64,000 bases of DNA. Origin: Pseudomonas sp. (GTDB lineage Bacteria; Pseudomonadota; Gammaproteobacteria; Pseudomonadales; Pseudomonadaceae). Below are positions 1-11,418 of this stretch, piece by piece. The position numbers and the translations under genes are program-made. The notes below the pieces were generated by a model that was not told where the DNA came from, ran no database searches, and was given only the letters and a program-made list of their open reading frames with translations. Positions within the stretch are counted from its first letter, which is position 1. Each line of letters opens with the position of its first letter. The stretch is from contig DASQBU010000016.1 in NCBI GenBank assembly GCA_035635035.1, positions 9,523 to 73,522 on the forward strand, in the 5' to 3' direction.

Positions 1-1927
1 CGGGCACCCCGTTGTCGCGATAGCAGGCATGCAACTGCTGGCACAGATCGCGCAGCCCCATACCGGCATAGCGCGCGGGATCGTTCCGGGCAATGGATGG
101 CAGCGCTTCAGCCAAGGGGGCATTGCCATCGTGGAGACGCTTGAACTCCAGCAGCTCGGTGACCAGCGTGCTCCACTTGCCCTTGGTGATGCTCATGGAG
201 AACAGCACCAGCAGCGAATACAGGCCGGTCTTTTCCACCACCACGCCGCGCTCCCAGAGGAACCTGCCGAGCACCGCGGCGGGGACCCCCTCGTCCGCCA
301 GCCGACCGTCGGCGAACAGCCCCGGCATGACCAGGGTGACCTTGACCGGATCGAGCAGCACGTAATCCTCGGCCAGCTCGCCGAAGCCATGCCAGGGCGC
401 CTGCGGGACCAGCAGCCAGTCGCCGGTCTGGACCTGCAGGGCCGCCTCGCCCCGCTCCGGCTGCCAGATGCCGAACCACCAGTCGTCCGGTGGCAGGTTG
501 CGCCGCAGGTTGGCCATCGCCCGGCGGAAGGCCAACGCCTCGTCGAAGGTTTCCTCAATCAGCGAGCGACCGGCCGCCCCCTCCATCATCGCCGAGGCCA
601 CATCCAGCGAGGCGAGAAGGCCGTACTGTGGCGAGGTGGAGGTATGCATCATGAACGCCTCGTTGAAGCGCATCACGTCCAGCTGGCGCCGGCCGCCATC
701 CTGCACATGGATCATCGACGCCTGGCTGAAGGCCGCCAGCAGCTTGTGCGTCGAGTGGGTGGCGACCACCAGCGGCGCATTACCGTCTTCACCGCGCGAG
801 GTGCCCATGGCGTAGCGCCCGGCATAGAACTCGTGAAAGGCGGCATAGGCATACCAGGCCTCGTCGAAATGCAGCACCTCGACACTGTCGCCCAGTTCGC
901 GCTTGATCAACTCGGCGTTGTAGCACAGGCCATCGTAGGTCGAGTTGGTCACCACGGCCAGTTTGACCTTCGGCTCACGCCCTCCCGCCAGCGGGCAGGC
1001 GGCGATCTTCGCGGCGATCGACTCGCGACTGAACTCCCCGAGGGGAATCGGCCCGATGATGCCCAGTTCGTTGCGCGCCGGATTGAGGTAAAGGGGGATG
1101 GCGCCGGTGATGATCAGCGCATGGACCACCGACTTGTGGCAGTTGCGATCCACCAGCACCAGGTCGTCGCGACCGACCATCGCCTGCCAGACGATCTTGT
1201 TCGCCGTCGAGGTGCCATTGATCACGAAGAACGTGTGGTCGGCGCCGAAGTTGCGCGCGGCGCGGCGCTCGGCCTCGGCCAGCGGCCCGGTGTGATCGAG
1301 CAGGGAGCCCAGCTCCGGCACCGACACCGAGAGGTCGGAGCGCAGGGTGTTCTCGCCGAAGAACTGGTGGAAGGCCTGGCCCACCGGACTCTTGCGATGA
1401 GCCACCCCACCGCCGTGCCCCGGGGTATGCCAGGAGTAGTTGGCATCGGCGGTGTGCTGGACCAGCGCCCGGAAGAACGGCGGCAGCAGGCCGTCCAGGT
1501 AGTTGCGCGCGGCGCGGGCCACCTGGCGGGCGAGAAAGGGCACGGTGTCCTCGAACAGGTAGAGGATGCCGCGCAACTGATTGAGTTCGGCCATCGCATC
1601 GGGCGGCGCATTCTCGATGGTCACCTGCTCGCCCAGGGCGAAGATCGGCAGCTGCGGCGCGCGCACCCGCGCCGCGCGGATCAGCTCGACCACGTCCTGC
1701 AGCAGGCGCGGATTGTCGCCGGCGCCTTCGGCAGCGACCAGGATGCAGGCCAGCCCGTGCTGCGAGGAGGCGACGATGCGCCCCTCGCGGGGGCTGGCGG
1801 TCGCCAGGATAGTGAAGCCGTCCTGCTCCAGTTCGTGAACGATGCCACGCACCCGCTCGCCGGCCACGCTGTCGGCCTTGATGTCGCGGTGGACGATGAG
1901 TACCGGAAAGCGCAGATCCTTGTACAT
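1..1927 (-). CDS. ldcA: Orn/Lys/Arg decarboxylase (LdcA-type, PLP-dependent); 3' end runs off the window
   Basis: Not in the ORF track because it is open at the edge. Reading from ATG at 1927 gives MYKDLRFPVLIVHRDIKADSVAGERVRGI, plus WHTPGHGGG and the PLP-lysine motif THSTHKLLAAFSQ near 725-765. Lies next to dnaQ as in P. aeruginosa. Confidence 0.9.
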   Translation of the reverse strand, partial: MYKDLRFPVLIVHRDIKADSVAGERVRGIVHELEQDGFTILATASPREGRIVASSQHGLACILVAAEGAGDNPRLLQDVVELIRAARVRAPQLPIFALGEQVTIENAPPDAMAELNQLRGILYLFEDTVPFLARQVARAARNYLDGLLPPFFRALVQHTADANYSWHTPGHGGGVAHRKSPVGQAFHQFFGENTLRSDLSVSVPELGSLLDHTGPLAEAERRAARNFGADHTFFVINGTSTANKIVWQAMVGRDDLVLVDRNCHKSVVHALIITGAIPLYLNPARNELGIIGPIPLGEFSRESIAAKIAACPLAGGREPKVKLAVVTNSTYDGLCYNAELIKRELGDSVEVLHFDEAWYAYAAFHEFYAGRYAMGTSRGEDGNAPLVVATHSTHKLLAAFSQASMIHVQDGGRRQLDVMRFNEAFMMHTSTSPQYGLLASLDVASAMMEGAAGRSLIEETFDEALAFRRAMANLRRNLPPDDWWFGIWQPERGEAALQVQTGDWLLVPQAPWHGFGELAEDYVLLDPVKVTLVMPGLFADGRLADEGVPAAVLGRFLWERGVVVEKTGLYSLLVLFSMSITKGKWSTLVTELLEFKRLHDGNAPLAEALPSIARNDPARYAGMGLRDLCQQLHACYRDNGVP

Positions 1928-2006
1928 GCTCCAGCTCCCGAGGCGGCCGGGCTCCGCCCAGCCATGCACTCAGGGTAGTCGCTGCCCCTCCAGCGCGAAA
2001 GGCACC

Positions 2007-2768
2007 TCAGTGCAGGGTCGGCGCCTCGCCCTCGGCCGCCGGCTCCAGCTGCTGCCAGAGCGCCGCGCCGCCGGCCGACTTGGCCACCGCGGCCAGGCAC
2101 GCACCGTGCCGCTCCAGTTCCGCGGCGTTGGCGCGGATCACCCGGGTGCGCGGGCGGTCGACCGGCAGACGGCGGATCTCCGTTACCTGCGGGCCGTTGC
2201 CGCCCTCCCCCTCGCTGTTCTGCCCGGCCAGCGACAGGCTGGTCTGGCCACCGGTCATCGCCAGGTAGACATCGGCGAGGATCTCGGCGTCGAGCAACGC
2301 GCCATGCAGCTCGCGCCCCGAGTTGTCGACGCCATAGCGCTTGCACAGCGCGTCGAGGCTGTTGCGCTGCCCCGGATGGCGCTCGCGGGCCATCGCCAGG
2401 GTATCGAGCACGCTGCAGTGGTCGAGCACGTCGCCCAGATGCGGGCGATCGGTCAGGCGCGCGAACTCGTGGTTGATGAAGCCGATGTCGAACGCCGCGT
2501 TGTGGATGATCAGCTCGGCGCCCTTGATGAACTCGAAGAACTCGTCGACCACCTCGCGAAAGCGCGGCTTGTCGGCGAGGAACTCGTCGGTGATGCCGTG
2601 CACCGCGACCGCGCCCTCGTCGACCTCGCGCTCAGGGTTGATGTAGACATGGAAATGGCGCCCGGTCAGGCGCCGGCCGATCACCTCGACGCAGCCGATC
2701 TCGATGATACGATGCCCTTCGCGGGGCTCGAGGCCGGTGGTCTCGGTGTCGAGGACGACGTAGCGCAT
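2007..2768 (-). CDS. dnaQ: DNA polymerase III epsilon subunit
   Basis: ExoI VLDTETTG, ExoII HNAAFD, ExoIII HGALLDAE; start MRYVV at 2768. Confidence 0.97.
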   Translation of the reverse strand: MRYVVLDTETTGLEPREGHRIIEIGCVEVIGRRLTGRHFHVYINPEREVDEGAVAVHGITDEFLADKPRFREVVDEFFEFIKGAELIIHNAAFDIGFINHEFARLTDRPHLGDVLDHCSVLDTLAMARERHPGQRNSLDALCKRYGVDNSGRELHGALLDAEILADVYLAMTGGQTSLSLAGQNSEGEGGNGPQVTEIRRLPVDRPRTRVIRANAAELERHGACLAAVAKSAGGAALWQQLEPAAEGEAPTLH

Positions 2769-2817
2769 GGGAGATGACCTGTTCGACAGTGGATCGGAGG
2801 GAAGGAGGCGACAGCGC

Positions 2818-3273
2818 TCACCCGGCCCGGCGGGAACCGTTGACCTCGCCGACGCCTCGGTTGGCCAGTTGATCGGCCCGCTCATTGCCCGCATGGCCAT
2901 TGTGCCCGCGGACCCAGTGCCAGTGCACCTCATGGCGATTGACCTGCTCGTCCAGCGCCTGCCACAGGTCGGCATTCTTCACCGGCTGGCGCGCAGCAGT
3001 CTTCCAGCCGCGCTTCTTCCAGTTCGGCAGCCACTCCTTGATGCCCTTCATGACATATTCGGAGTCGGTGGTCAGTTGCACCCGGCACGGCCGATTGAGG
3101 ATGGCCAGGGCGCGGATCGCCGCGGTCAGCTCCATGCGGTTGTTGGTGGTATCGGCCTCGCCGCCCCACAGCTCGCGCTCGGCGCCTTTGTAGACCAGCA
3201 GGGCGCCCCAGCCTCCTGGGCCGGGATTGCCCTTGCAGGCACCATCGGTATAGATCTCGACGCTGTCAGTCAT
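2818..3273 (-). CDS. rnhA: Ribonuclease HI
   Basis: [23 protein letters not shown] and [15 protein letters not shown]; start ATG at 3273. Confidence 0.97.
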   Translation of the reverse strand: MTDSVEIYTDGACKGNPGPGGWGALLVYKGAERELWGGEADTTNNRMELTAAIRALAILNRPCRVQLTTDSEYVMKGIKEWLPNWKKRGWKTAARQPVKNADLWQALDEQVNRHEVHWHWVRGHNGHAGNERADQLANRGVGEVNGSRRAG

Positions 3274-4031
3274 GACTCTTTCTTGCCTGGATGACGGCCG
3301 ACCTTGGCCATGGGAACCGGACGCAGCGCGCCGACGACGGCACGCCGCGGCTGCGGCAACGGCCGCAGGCCGGCAACCAGCTTGCGTGCCGCCAGCAGAT
3401 AGAGGCCGCCACCGGGCAGCTGCAGGTGCCCGGCCCAAGGCTCGACGACCTGCAGCCGCTGCTGCCAGCGCTGCGAAGAAAGCGGCGGACAATAGCACCC
3501 GAACCGGCGTTTCTCCAGCGCGAAGCCGAGCAGGTGCAGCCAGTCGCCCAGCCGTGCCGGCGAGATGCAGCGCGCCTGGGCCAGCGCATCGCTGGCCAGC
3601 AGATGGCGCAGCCCCCAGAAGCTCCACGGGTGGATACCGACGATCAGCAGATGCCCGCCCGGGCGCACGCAGCGCGCCGCCTCGCGCAGCAGCTGGTGCG
3701 GCGAGGCGGCGAAATCCAGGGCATGCTGCAGCAGCACGACATCCGCGGCATGCTCGAGCACCGGCCACGCCCACTCGTCGCAGACGATCTCCACGCCCGG
3801 CAGCGCGGGGCCGAGGCGCACGCAATGGGCGATCTGGCGCTGCGCCGGCAAGCCGGCGGAGAAGCCGTAGTGCAGCAGGAAACTGCCGAAGTGACTGCCG
3901 AGCTGCTGCTCCAGCAGGGCCTGCTGGCGGTCCAGCAGCAGCCGGCCGAGCGGCCCGTCGAACCAGGCCCGGGCCCCATGCTGGCGCGCCAGCCAGTCGT
4001 CGTTGGCGATGCCGAATGGCTGTTCGTTCAT
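3270..4031 (-). CDS. Class I SAM-dependent methyltransferase (YafS-like)
   Basis: [11 protein letters not shown]...[15 protein letters not shown] motif; conserved position between gloB and rnhA with a 4-bp overlap. Confidence 0.88.
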   Translation of the reverse strand: MNEQPFGIANDDWLARQHGARAWFDGPLGRLLLDRQQALLEQQLGSHFGSFLLHYGFSAGLPAQRQIAHCVRLGPALPGVEIVCDEWAWPVLEHAADVVLLQHALDFAASPHQLLREAARCVRPGGHLLIVGIHPWSFWGLRHLLASDALAQARCISPARLGDWLHLLGFALEKRRFGCYCPPLSSQRWQQRLQVVEPWAGHLQLPGGGLYLLAARKLVAGLRPLPQPRRAVVGALRPVPMAKVGRHPGKKES

Positions 4032-4107
4032 GACTCCTCCCGTCTGGCGCCAGAGGCATCCGGCGACCTAAGATGCCGGATCACCCAGCATGACGACGCA
4101 CCTGCTC

Positions 4108-4887
4108 ATGATACAGATCACCGCCCTGCCCGCCTTCAGTGACAACTATATCTGGCTGTTACAGGACCCGGTGCGGCACCGCTGCGCCGTTGTCGACCCC
4201 GGCGACAGCGTACCGGTCCAGGCCTGGCTGACGGCTCATCCGGGCTGGCAGCTGACCGATATTCTGGTCACCCACCACCACCGCGACCACACTGGCGGCG
4301 TCGTCGCCCTCAAGGAGCAGACCGGCGCGCGAGTCCTCGGACCGGCGCTGGAGGCCATTCCCGGCCGCGACGTCGCCCTCGAGGACGACCAGCGCATTCG
4401 TCTGCTCGACCGCGACTGGCGGGTGCTGCATGTGCCCGGCCACACCGCCGGGCACATCGCCCTGTTCGGCGAGGACGACGGCCAGCCGCTGCTGTTCTGC
4501 GGCGACACCCTGTTCTCCGCCGGTTGCGGTCGCCTCTTCGAGGGTACGGCGGCGCAACTGCACGCCTCGCTGCAGCGCCTGGCCGGGCTGCCGGCCCAGA
4601 CCCGCGTCTACTGCACCCACGAGTACACCCTGAGCAACCTGCGCTTCGCCCTGGCCGTGGAGCCGGACAATCGCGCGCTGCAGCAGCGCAGCGTCGAAGT
4701 CGCCGCCCTGCGCGAGCAGAACGTGCCCAGCCTGCCCTCGACCCTGGCCATCGAGCTGGCGACCAATCCCTTTCTGCGCGTGCATGAAGGCCCGGTGCGC
4801 CAGCGCGCCGACGAGCGGGCGGAACGCCATCTGGAGACGCCCGCCGAGGTGTTTGCCGTACTGCGCCGCTGGAAGGATGAGTTCTAG
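4108..4887 (+). CDS. gloB: Hydroxyacylglutathione hydrolase (glyoxalase II)
   Basis: [15 protein letters not shown] metallo-beta-lactamase motif, [21 protein letters not shown]. Confidence 0.96.
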   Translation: MIQITALPAFSDNYIWLLQDPVRHRCAVVDPGDSVPVQAWLTAHPGWQLTDILVTHHHRDHTGGVVALKEQTGARVLGPALEAIPGRDVALEDDQRIRLLDRDWRVLHVPGHTAGHIALFGEDDGQPLLFCGDTLFSAGCGRLFEGTAAQLHASLQRLAGLPAQTRVYCTHEYTLSNLRFALAVEPDNRALQQRSVEVAALREQNVPSLPSTLAIELATNPFLRVHEGPVRQRADERAERHLETPAEVFAVLRRWKDEF

Positions 4888-4901
4888 CCGCTGGCGAAAA
4901 C

Positions 4902-4930
4902 TTGACCACCCCGCAGACGGTTCCTAGAAT
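4902..4930 (+). promoter_or_regulatory. sigma70 promoter of mltD
   Basis: TTGACC (4902-4907), 17-bp spacer, TAGAAT (4925-4930). Confidence 0.75.
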
Positions 4931-4963
4931 CCCCCGACTTTTCACCCGGAAAAATCGCCGCAG

Positions 4964-6571
4964 ATGCCGCCGTCAACGACACCTTGCACTGCTCCAGCCC
5001 TCCGGAACCGGGCCTTCCAGCTCCTGCTGGCAGGCCTGGTTATGGTGCTGGCCGGCTGCCAGAGTCACGGCGGTGGCGCGCGCGACGGCGGGCGCGAGCT
5101 GGCCGGCAAATCTGTCGACTGGCAGAAGGTCCCGCAGGCCTCGGTCGAGAAGCCCAAGGATATCTGGGAGCGCATTCGCAACGGCTACCAGTTGCAGGAC
5201 CAGATCGGCACCAACCCGCGCATCGAGCGCCAGCGTTTCGGCTTCGCCAGCCGCCCCGCCTCCCTCCAGCAGATCGCCGAGCGCAGCAGCCCGTACATCC
5301 ACTACATCGTCGAACGCCTGGAAGAAAACGGCATGCCGCTGGAGCTGGCGCTGCTGCCGATGATCGAGAGCTCCTACAATCCCATGGCCTACTCGCCGGC
5401 CCAGGCCGCCGGGCTGTGGCAGTTCGTCCCCGCCACGGCGCGTGACTACAACCTGCGCCAGACCAACTGGTACGATGGCCGCCGCGACATCACCGCCTCG
5501 ACCAAGGCCGCGATCTCCTATCTCAAGCGCCTGCACGACATGTTCAACGGCGACTGGCTGCTCGCCCTGGCCGCCTACAACGCCGGCGAAGGCACGGTCA
5601 GCCGCGCCATCGAGCGCAACCAGAACCAGGGCCTGCCCACCGACTACTGGAACCTGCCGCTGCCGCGGGAAACCCAGGACTATGTGCCCAAGCTGCTAGC
5701 CGTGTCGCAGATCGTCCAGACCCCGGCCAGCTACGGCGTGGCGCTCACGCCGATCGCCAACGAGCCCTACTTCGAGAAGGTGGCCATCCGCCACCAGCTC
5801 GACCTGTCGCGGGTCGCCGCCATGGCCGATGTCGACAAGAACGAACTGCAGCAGCTCAATCCGGCCTTCAAGCAGGGCATCACCCTCGACGGCCCGCGCC
5901 ACCTGCTGGTCCCGGTGGCCAAGGCCGGCGGCCTGAGCGAAAGCCTCGCGCGTCTGCAGCCGGAAAGCCTGGTGCCATCGCGCAGCTACCGGGTGCGCCG
6001 GGGGGAGAGCCTGGGCGAGATCGCCAGGCGCCATGGCGTGGCTCCGCGCACCCTGCGCGAACTCAACCAGTTGCCCGACCAGCACGTCGAGCCCGGACAG
6101 AGCCTGCTGATTCCGCAATTACCCGGCAGCGCGCCGCAGGATGAAGACCTCGAGCCGCGGCTGGCTGCCAGCCGCGACAAGGCCCCGAGTTCGGCACGCA
6201 GCTACCGGGTGCGCAAGGGCGACACCCTGTGGAGCGTGGCCAAGCGCCTGGATGTCGCGCCCGCCGACCTGCAACGCTGGAACAACCTCACCCGCAAGGA
6301 ACTGCACGCCGGCCAGGTGCTGACCCTGCGTGACAGCGGCGCGCGCCTGGCCCGCAACGACAACGCCAGCCGCGGCAAGGTCCGCAGCCCGAAGGCCGAC
6401 AACGATGCCCGCCAGTCGGTGACCTACTACCGGGTGCGCCATGGCGACTCGCTCGCGGCCATTGCCCGCCGCTTCTCGGTCGCCCCCCATCACCTGAAGA
6501 GCTGGAACCCCTCGCTCGACGCCACGCCCAAGCCCGGGCAGACCCTGACCCTCTACCTCGAGCAGCTCTGA
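4964..6571 (+). CDS. mltD: Membrane-bound lytic murein transglycosylase D with three LysM domains
   Basis: Lipobox LAGC, SLT motifs IESSY, AAGLWQF, LAAYNAG, ETQDYV; three YRVRxG LysM repeats. Confidence 0.95.
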   Translation: MPPSTTPCTAPALRNRAFQLLLAGLVMVLAGCQSHGGGARDGGRELAGKSVDWQKVPQASVEKPKDIWERIRNGYQLQDQIGTNPRIERQRFGFASRPASLQQIAERSSPYIHYIVERLEENGMPLELALLPMIESSYNPMAYSPAQAAGLWQFVPATARDYNLRQTNWYDGRRDITASTKAAISYLKRLHDMFNGDWLLALAAYNAGEGTVSRAIERNQNQGLPTDYWNLPLPRETQDYVPKLLAVSQIVQTPASYGVALTPIANEPYFEKVAIRHQLDLSRVAAMADVDKNELQQLNPAFKQGITLDGPRHLLVPVAKAGGLSESLARLQPESLVPSRSYRVRRGESLGEIARRHGVAPRTLRELNQLPDQHVEPGQSLLIPQLPGSAPQDEDLEPRLAASRDKAPSSARSYRVRKGDTLWSVAKRLDVAPADLQRWNNLTRKELHAGQVLTLRDSGARLARNDNASRGKVRSPKADNDARQSVTYYRVRHGDSLAAIARRFSVAPHHLKSWNPSLDATPKPGQTLTLYLEQL

Positions 6572-6672
6572 GTCCCCGGGCCGCCCGCGGCAACCGCCCT
6601 TTTGCCTGCCCGGACAAGCTGTTACTGTACCGCCCATACTTCCAAGACTGCCACGGACCGGACCCTCGCCTG

Positions 6673-8502
6673 ATGAGTCGTCTCCTTGCCCTGCTGCTCG
6701 GTCTGGTCGTCTGCCTGCACGTTGACGCCGCCATCACCGAAAGCCATGGCTACGCCCAGTTCGGTGCGCTGAAGTACCCGGCCAACTTCACCCATTTCGC
6801 CTGGGTCAACCCGGATGCGCCCAAGGGTGGCAGCGTGCGGCTGATGGCGTCCGGCACCTTCGACACGCTCAACCCCTACACCCTCAAGGGCACCAGCCCG
6901 GTCGGCACGGCCAACTTCCTGCAGTACGGCGTCAACGAGCTGAATGCCCCGCTGATGGTCGGCACCGGCAACTTCGCCCCCTCCGGCGACGAGCCTGCCT
7001 CCAGCTACGGCCTGATCGCCTCCTCCGTGGAATACAGCGAGGACCGCAGCTGGGTGGTGTTCAACCTGCGCCCCGAGGCACGCTTCGACGACGGCCAGCC
7101 GATCACCGCCTACGACGTCGCCTTCTCCTATCGCCTGCTCAGCCGCGAGGGCCATCCGCAGTACCGTACCGCCCTGCAGGAGGTGCAACGGGTGGACGTC
7201 CTCAACCGCCAGCGGGTGCGCTTCGTGCTCAAGCGCAGCGGCAATCCGCTGCTGATCCTGCGCCTCGGCGAACTGCCGGTGCTGCCGCAGCACTACTGGC
7301 GTGAGCGCGACTTCAAGGCCACCAGCTACGAGGTGCCGCCGGGCAGCGGCCCCTATCGCATCGTCGAGGTGGTGCCGGGCCGCCGCCTGGTGTTCGAGCG
7401 GGTCAAGGACTGGTGGGGCAAGGACCTGCCGGTCAACCGCGGCAAGTACAACTTCGACCGCGTCGAGGTGGAGTTCTACCGCGACAACCACGTGGCCTTC
7501 GAGGCGTTCAAGGCTGGCGAGTTCGACTTCTACATCGAGCAACAGGCGAAGAACTGGGCCAGCGGCTACGACTTCCCGGCGGTGCAGCAGGGCCAAGTGG
7601 TGCGCGCAGAGATCCCCCACCAGATCCCGACGCAGACCCAGGCGTTGTTCATGAACACCCGCCGCGCGCACTTCGCCGATGATCGGGTGCGCGAAGCCAT
7701 GGGCCTGCTGTTCGACTTCGAGTGGAGCAACCGCACGCTGTTCAACGACGCCTACACCCGCGCCGCCAGCTACTACCCCAACAGCGAGTTCGCCGCCACC
7801 GGCCTGCCGCAGGGCGAGGAATGGCTGCTGCTGTCGCCCTGGCGCCAGGAACTGCCGGCCGAGCTGTTCAGCCGTCCCCCGCAGATGCCGCAGACCGACG
7901 GCCACGGCATCCCGCGCGAAACCCTGCGCCGCGCCCTGACCCTGCTCGGCGAGGCCGGCTGGAAACTCTCCGGCGGCCGGTTGGTCAATGCCCGCGGCGA
8001 GGCACTGCGCTTCGAGATCCTGCTGGTCAACCCCAGCCTCGAGCGCATCCTCCAGCCGTATCGCGACAACCTCGCGCGCATCGGCGTGGACGCTCGCCTG
8101 CGCACGGTCGACCGCGCGCAGTACAAACAGCGCATCGACGGCTTCGACTACGACATGATCCTGATGACCCTGCCGCAGACCCTCAGCCCCGGCCTCGAGC
8201 AGTGGCAGTACTTCCACTCCAGCCAGGCCAACGTGCGCGGCAGCAAGAACTACGCCGGGATCCGCCATCCGGTGGTCGACGCCCTGCTCGACAAGCTGCT
8301 CGCCGCACAGACCCGCGAGCAGCAGGTGGCCGCCACCCGCGCCCTCGACCGGGTGCTGCTCAGCCAGCACTACAGCATCCCCAACTGGTACACCGACCGC
8401 CACCGTCTGGCCTGGCGCAACCGCTTCGCCCACACGGATACGCCGCCCTACACCCTCGGCCTGAGCGCCTGGTGGCTCAAGCCTGCGGAGACCACCCAAT
8501 GA
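6673..8502 (+). CDS. Peptide ABC transporter solute-binding protein (YejA/NppA1-like)
   Basis: Signal peptide; SBP family 5 motifs [30 protein letters not shown]. Confidence 0.92.
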   Translation: MSRLLALLLGLVVCLHVDAAITESHGYAQFGALKYPANFTHFAWVNPDAPKGGSVRLMASGTFDTLNPYTLKGTSPVGTANFLQYGVNELNAPLMVGTGNFAPSGDEPASSYGLIASSVEYSEDRSWVVFNLRPEARFDDGQPITAYDVAFSYRLLSREGHPQYRTALQEVQRVDVLNRQRVRFVLKRSGNPLLILRLGELPVLPQHYWRERDFKATSYEVPPGSGPYRIVEVVPGRRLVFERVKDWWGKDLPVNRGKYNFDRVEVEFYRDNHVAFEAFKAGEFDFYIEQQAKNWASGYDFPAVQQGQVVRAEIPHQIPTQTQALFMNTRRAHFADDRVREAMGLLFDFEWSNRTLFNDAYTRAASYYPNSEFAATGLPQGEEWLLLSPWRQELPAELFSRPPQMPQTDGHGIPRETLRRALTLLGEAGWKLSGGRLVNARGEALRFEILLVNPSLERILQPYRDNLARIGVDARLRTVDRAQYKQRIDGFDYDMILMTLPQTLSPGLEQWQYFHSSQANVRGSKNYAGIRHPVVDALLDKLLAAQTREQQVAATRALDRVLLSQHYSIPNWYTDRHRLAWRNRFAHTDTPPYTLGLSAWWLKPAETTQ

Positions 8503-10325
8503 CCGTCCTCCAGCGTTGCATCCGCCTGCTCGCCGGCTGCGCCCTGCTGCTCGGCGCCGCCCTGCAGGCCACGGCCGCGGCGCGCCATGCCGTGACCCTG
8601 TACGACGAAGCACCGAAGTACCCGGCCAACTTCCAGCATTTCGACTACGTCAACCCGGACGCGCCCAAGGGCGGCACGCTGCGCCAGGCCGGCTTCGGCG
8701 GCTTCGACAGCCTCAACCCGTTCATCAACAAGGGCGTGGCCGCCGACGAGATCAGCCTGGTCTACGACACCCTGACCCGGCGCAGCCTGGACGAGCCGTT
8801 CACCGAGTACGGCCTGCTGGCGCAGAGCATCGAGAAGGCCCCGGACAACAGCTGGGTACGCTTCACCCTGCGCCGCGAGGCGCGCTTCCACGACGGCAAG
8901 CCGGTGACCGCCGCCGACGTGGTGTTCTCCTTCGACAGCCTGATGAAGGACGGCGCCCCGCAGTACCGCGTCTATTACGCCGACGTGGCCAAGGCGGTGG
9001 CCGAGGACGAGCGCCACGTGCGCTTCGACTTCCGCCACACCGGCAACCGCGAGCTGCCGCTGATTCTCGGCCAGCTGCCGGTACTGCCCAAGCATGCCTG
9101 GGAAGGCCGCGAGTTCAACCGCACCAGCCTCGAGCCGCCACTGGGCAGCGGCCCCTACCGGGTCGCCGAGGTGCAGGCCGGGCGCAGCATCCGCTACGAG
9201 CGGGTCAAGGACTGGTGGGCCAAGGACCTGCCGGTCAACCGTGGCTTCTACAACTTCGACACCCTGGTGGTCGACTACTACCGCGACAACACCGTGGCGC
9301 TGGAGGCTCTCAAGGCCGGCCAGTTCGACTTCTGGGTGGAAAGCAGCGCGAAGAACTGGGCCACCGCCTACGACACCCCGGCGGTGCGCGACGGCCGGCT
9401 GCTCAAGCAGGAAATCGTCAACCACAACCCCACCGGCATGCAGGGCTTCGTCTTCAACCTGCGCCGCCCGCTGTTCCAAGATGCCCGCGTGCGCGAGGCA
9501 CTGGGGCTGCTGTTCGACTTCGAATGGACCAATCGCCAGCTGTTCTACGGCGCCTACGTGCGCACCCGCAGCTACTTCGAGAACTCCGAGCTGGCCGCCA
9601 GCGGCCTGCCCGGCGCGGACGAACTGAAGCTGCTGGAACCGTGGCGCGCCAAGCTGCCAGCGCAGGTGTTCACCAGCGAATACCAGCCGCCGCACAGCGA
9701 CGGCAGCGGCGTGATCCGCGACCAGCGCCGCCGCGCCTTCGAACTGCTGCAGGCCGCCGGCTGGCACCTGGACAAGGACCGCATGCTGGATGCCGGCGGC
9801 AAGCCGGTGACCATCGAGTTCCTCCTCGCCCAGACCGAGTTCGAGCGCGTGCTGCTGCCGTACAAGCGCAACCTGGCCAGCCTGGGCATCGACCTGCAGA
9901 TCCGCCGCGCCGACGTCTCGCAGTACATCAACCGCCTGCGCTCGCGCGATTTCGACCTGGTGGTCGGCGGCTTCAGCCAGTCCAGCTCGCCAGGCAACGA
10001 GCAGCGCGAGTACTGGCACTCCAGCAGCGCCGACAACCCCGGCAGCCGCAACCTGATCGGCCTCAAGGACCCGGTGATCGACGCCCTGGTGGAGGGGCTT
10101 ATCAAGGCCGACAGCCGGCAGAGCCTGATCGCCCATACCCGCGCGCTGGATCGCGTGCTGCAGTGGGGCTTCTACGTGATCCCCAACTGGCACATCAAGA
10201 CCTGGCGGGTGGCGTACTGGAACCGCTTCGAGCGGCCGGCGGTCGCACCGCTGTACGACATCGGCCTGTACACCTGGTGGGCCAAGCCGGGCGCGCCCGT
10301 AGCCCTCGCCGGACAAGGGGAATGA
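8499..10325 (+). CDS. Peptide ABC transporter solute-binding protein (YejA/NppA2-like), tandem paralogue
   Basis: ATG at 8499 overlaps the previous stop; [23 protein letters not shown]. Confidence 0.92.
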   Translation: MTVLQRCIRLLAGCALLLGAALQATAAARHAVTLYDEAPKYPANFQHFDYVNPDAPKGGTLRQAGFGGFDSLNPFINKGVAADEISLVYDTLTRRSLDEPFTEYGLLAQSIEKAPDNSWVRFTLRREARFHDGKPVTAADVVFSFDSLMKDGAPQYRVYYADVAKAVAEDERHVRFDFRHTGNRELPLILGQLPVLPKHAWEGREFNRTSLEPPLGSGPYRVAEVQAGRSIRYERVKDWWAKDLPVNRGFYNFDTLVVDYYRDNTVALEALKAGQFDFWVESSAKNWATAYDTPAVRDGRLLKQEIVNHNPTGMQGFVFNLRRPLFQDARVREALGLLFDFEWTNRQLFYGAYVRTRSYFENSELAASGLPGADELKLLEPWRAKLPAQVFTSEYQPPHSDGSGVIRDQRRRAFELLQAAGWHLDKDRMLDAGGKPVTIEFLLAQTEFERVLLPYKRNLASLGIDLQIRRADVSQYINRLRSRDFDLVVGGFSQSSSPGNEQREYWHSSSADNPGSRNLIGLKDPVIDALVEGLIKADSRQSLIAHTRALDRVLQWGFYVIPNWHIKTWRVAYWNRFERPAVAPLYDIGLYTWWAKPGAPVALAGQGE

Positions 10326-10329
10326 CGCC

Positions 10330-11415
10330 ATGCTGGCCTACATCCTGCGCCGCCTGCTGCTGATCGTGCCGACCCTGTTCGGCATCCTCCTGATCAACTT
10401 CATCATCATCCAGGCCGCCCCTGGCGGCCCGGTGGAGCAGATGATCGCCAAGCTCGAGGGCTTCGATGCCGCCGCCGGGGGGGCCACCGGGCGCATCGCC
10501 GGCGGCGGAGCCGAAGTCGCCGCGGCCGGTTCCACCTATCGCGGCGCCCAGGGTCTCGACCCCGATCTGGTCAAGGAAATCGAGCGCATGTACGGCTTCG
10601 ACAAGCCGGCCAGCGAGCGCTTCTGGATCATGATCAAGAACTACCTGCACTTCGACTTCGGCCAGAGCTTCTTCCGCGACGCCAAGGTCACCGACCTGAT
10701 CCTGGAGAAGATGCCGGTATCCATCTCGCTCGGCCTGTGGAGCACGCTGATCATGTATCTGGTGTCGATCCCGCTGGGCATCCACAAGGCGATCCGCCAC
10801 GGCAGCGCCTTCGACGTGTGGAGCAGCACCGCGATCATCGTCGGCTACGCCATCCCGGCGTTCCTGTTCGCCATCCTGCTGATCGTGCTGTTCGCCGGCG
10901 GCAGCTACTTCGACTGGTTTCCGCTGCGCGGCCTGACCTCGAACAACTTCGACCAGCTCAGCCTGTGGGGCAAGATCACTGACTACTTCTGGCACCTGGC
11001 CCTGCCGGTGACCGCGCTGGTGATCGGCAACTTCGCCACCCTGACCCTGCTGACCAAGAACAGCTTCCTCGACGAGATCGGCAAGCAGTACGTGGTCACC
11101 GCCCGCGCCAAGGGCCTGTCGGAGAGCCGCGTGCTCTACGGTCACGTGTTCCGCAATGCCATGCTGATCATCATCGCTGGCTTCCCCTCGGCGTTCATCG
11201 GCATCTTCTTCACCGGCTCGCTGCTGATCGAGGTGATCTTCTCCCTCGACGGGCTGGGCCTGATGAGCTTCGAGTCGGCGATCAACCGCGACTATCCGGT
11301 GGTGTTCGGCACCCTGTTCATCTTCACCCTGCTGGGACTGCTCGTGAAACTGATCGGCGACCTGACCTACACCCTGGTCGATCCGCGCATCGACTTCGAA
11401 AGCCGGGAGGGCTGA
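10330..11415 (+). CDS. yejB: Peptide ABC transporter permease
   Basis: [29 protein letters not shown] loop, DPRIDF C-terminus. Confidence 0.93.
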   Translation: MLAYILRRLLLIVPTLFGILLINFIIIQAAPGGPVEQMIAKLEGFDAAAGGATGRIAGGGAEVAAAGSTYRGAQGLDPDLVKEIERMYGFDKPASERFWIMIKNYLHFDFGQSFFRDAKVTDLILEKMPVSISLGLWSTLIMYLVSIPLGIHKAIRHGSAFDVWSSTAIIVGYAIPAFLFAILLIVLFAGGSYFDWFPLRGLTSNNFDQLSLWGKITDYFWHLALPVTALVIGNFATLTLLTKNSFLDEIGKQYVVTARAKGLSESRVLYGHVFRNAMLIIIAGFPSAFIGIFFTGSLLIEVIFSLDGLGLMSFESAINRDYPVVFGTLFIFTLLGLLVKLIGDLTYTLVDPRIDFESREG

Positions 11416-11418
11416 GCC

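Noticed and set aside
7722-8498. N-terminal extension making the second solute-binding protein 867 aa
   Set aside because: It overlaps the first SBP out of frame and is R/P/A-rich junk; the true start with a signal peptide is ATG 8499.
6673-10325. Repeated DNA segments (e.g. GAGCGGGTCAAGGACTGGTGGG...CTGCCGGTCAACCG) at about 7396 and 9198
   Set aside because: Explained by the two paralogous YejA/NppA genes, a known arrangement in Pseudomonas; not a repeat element.
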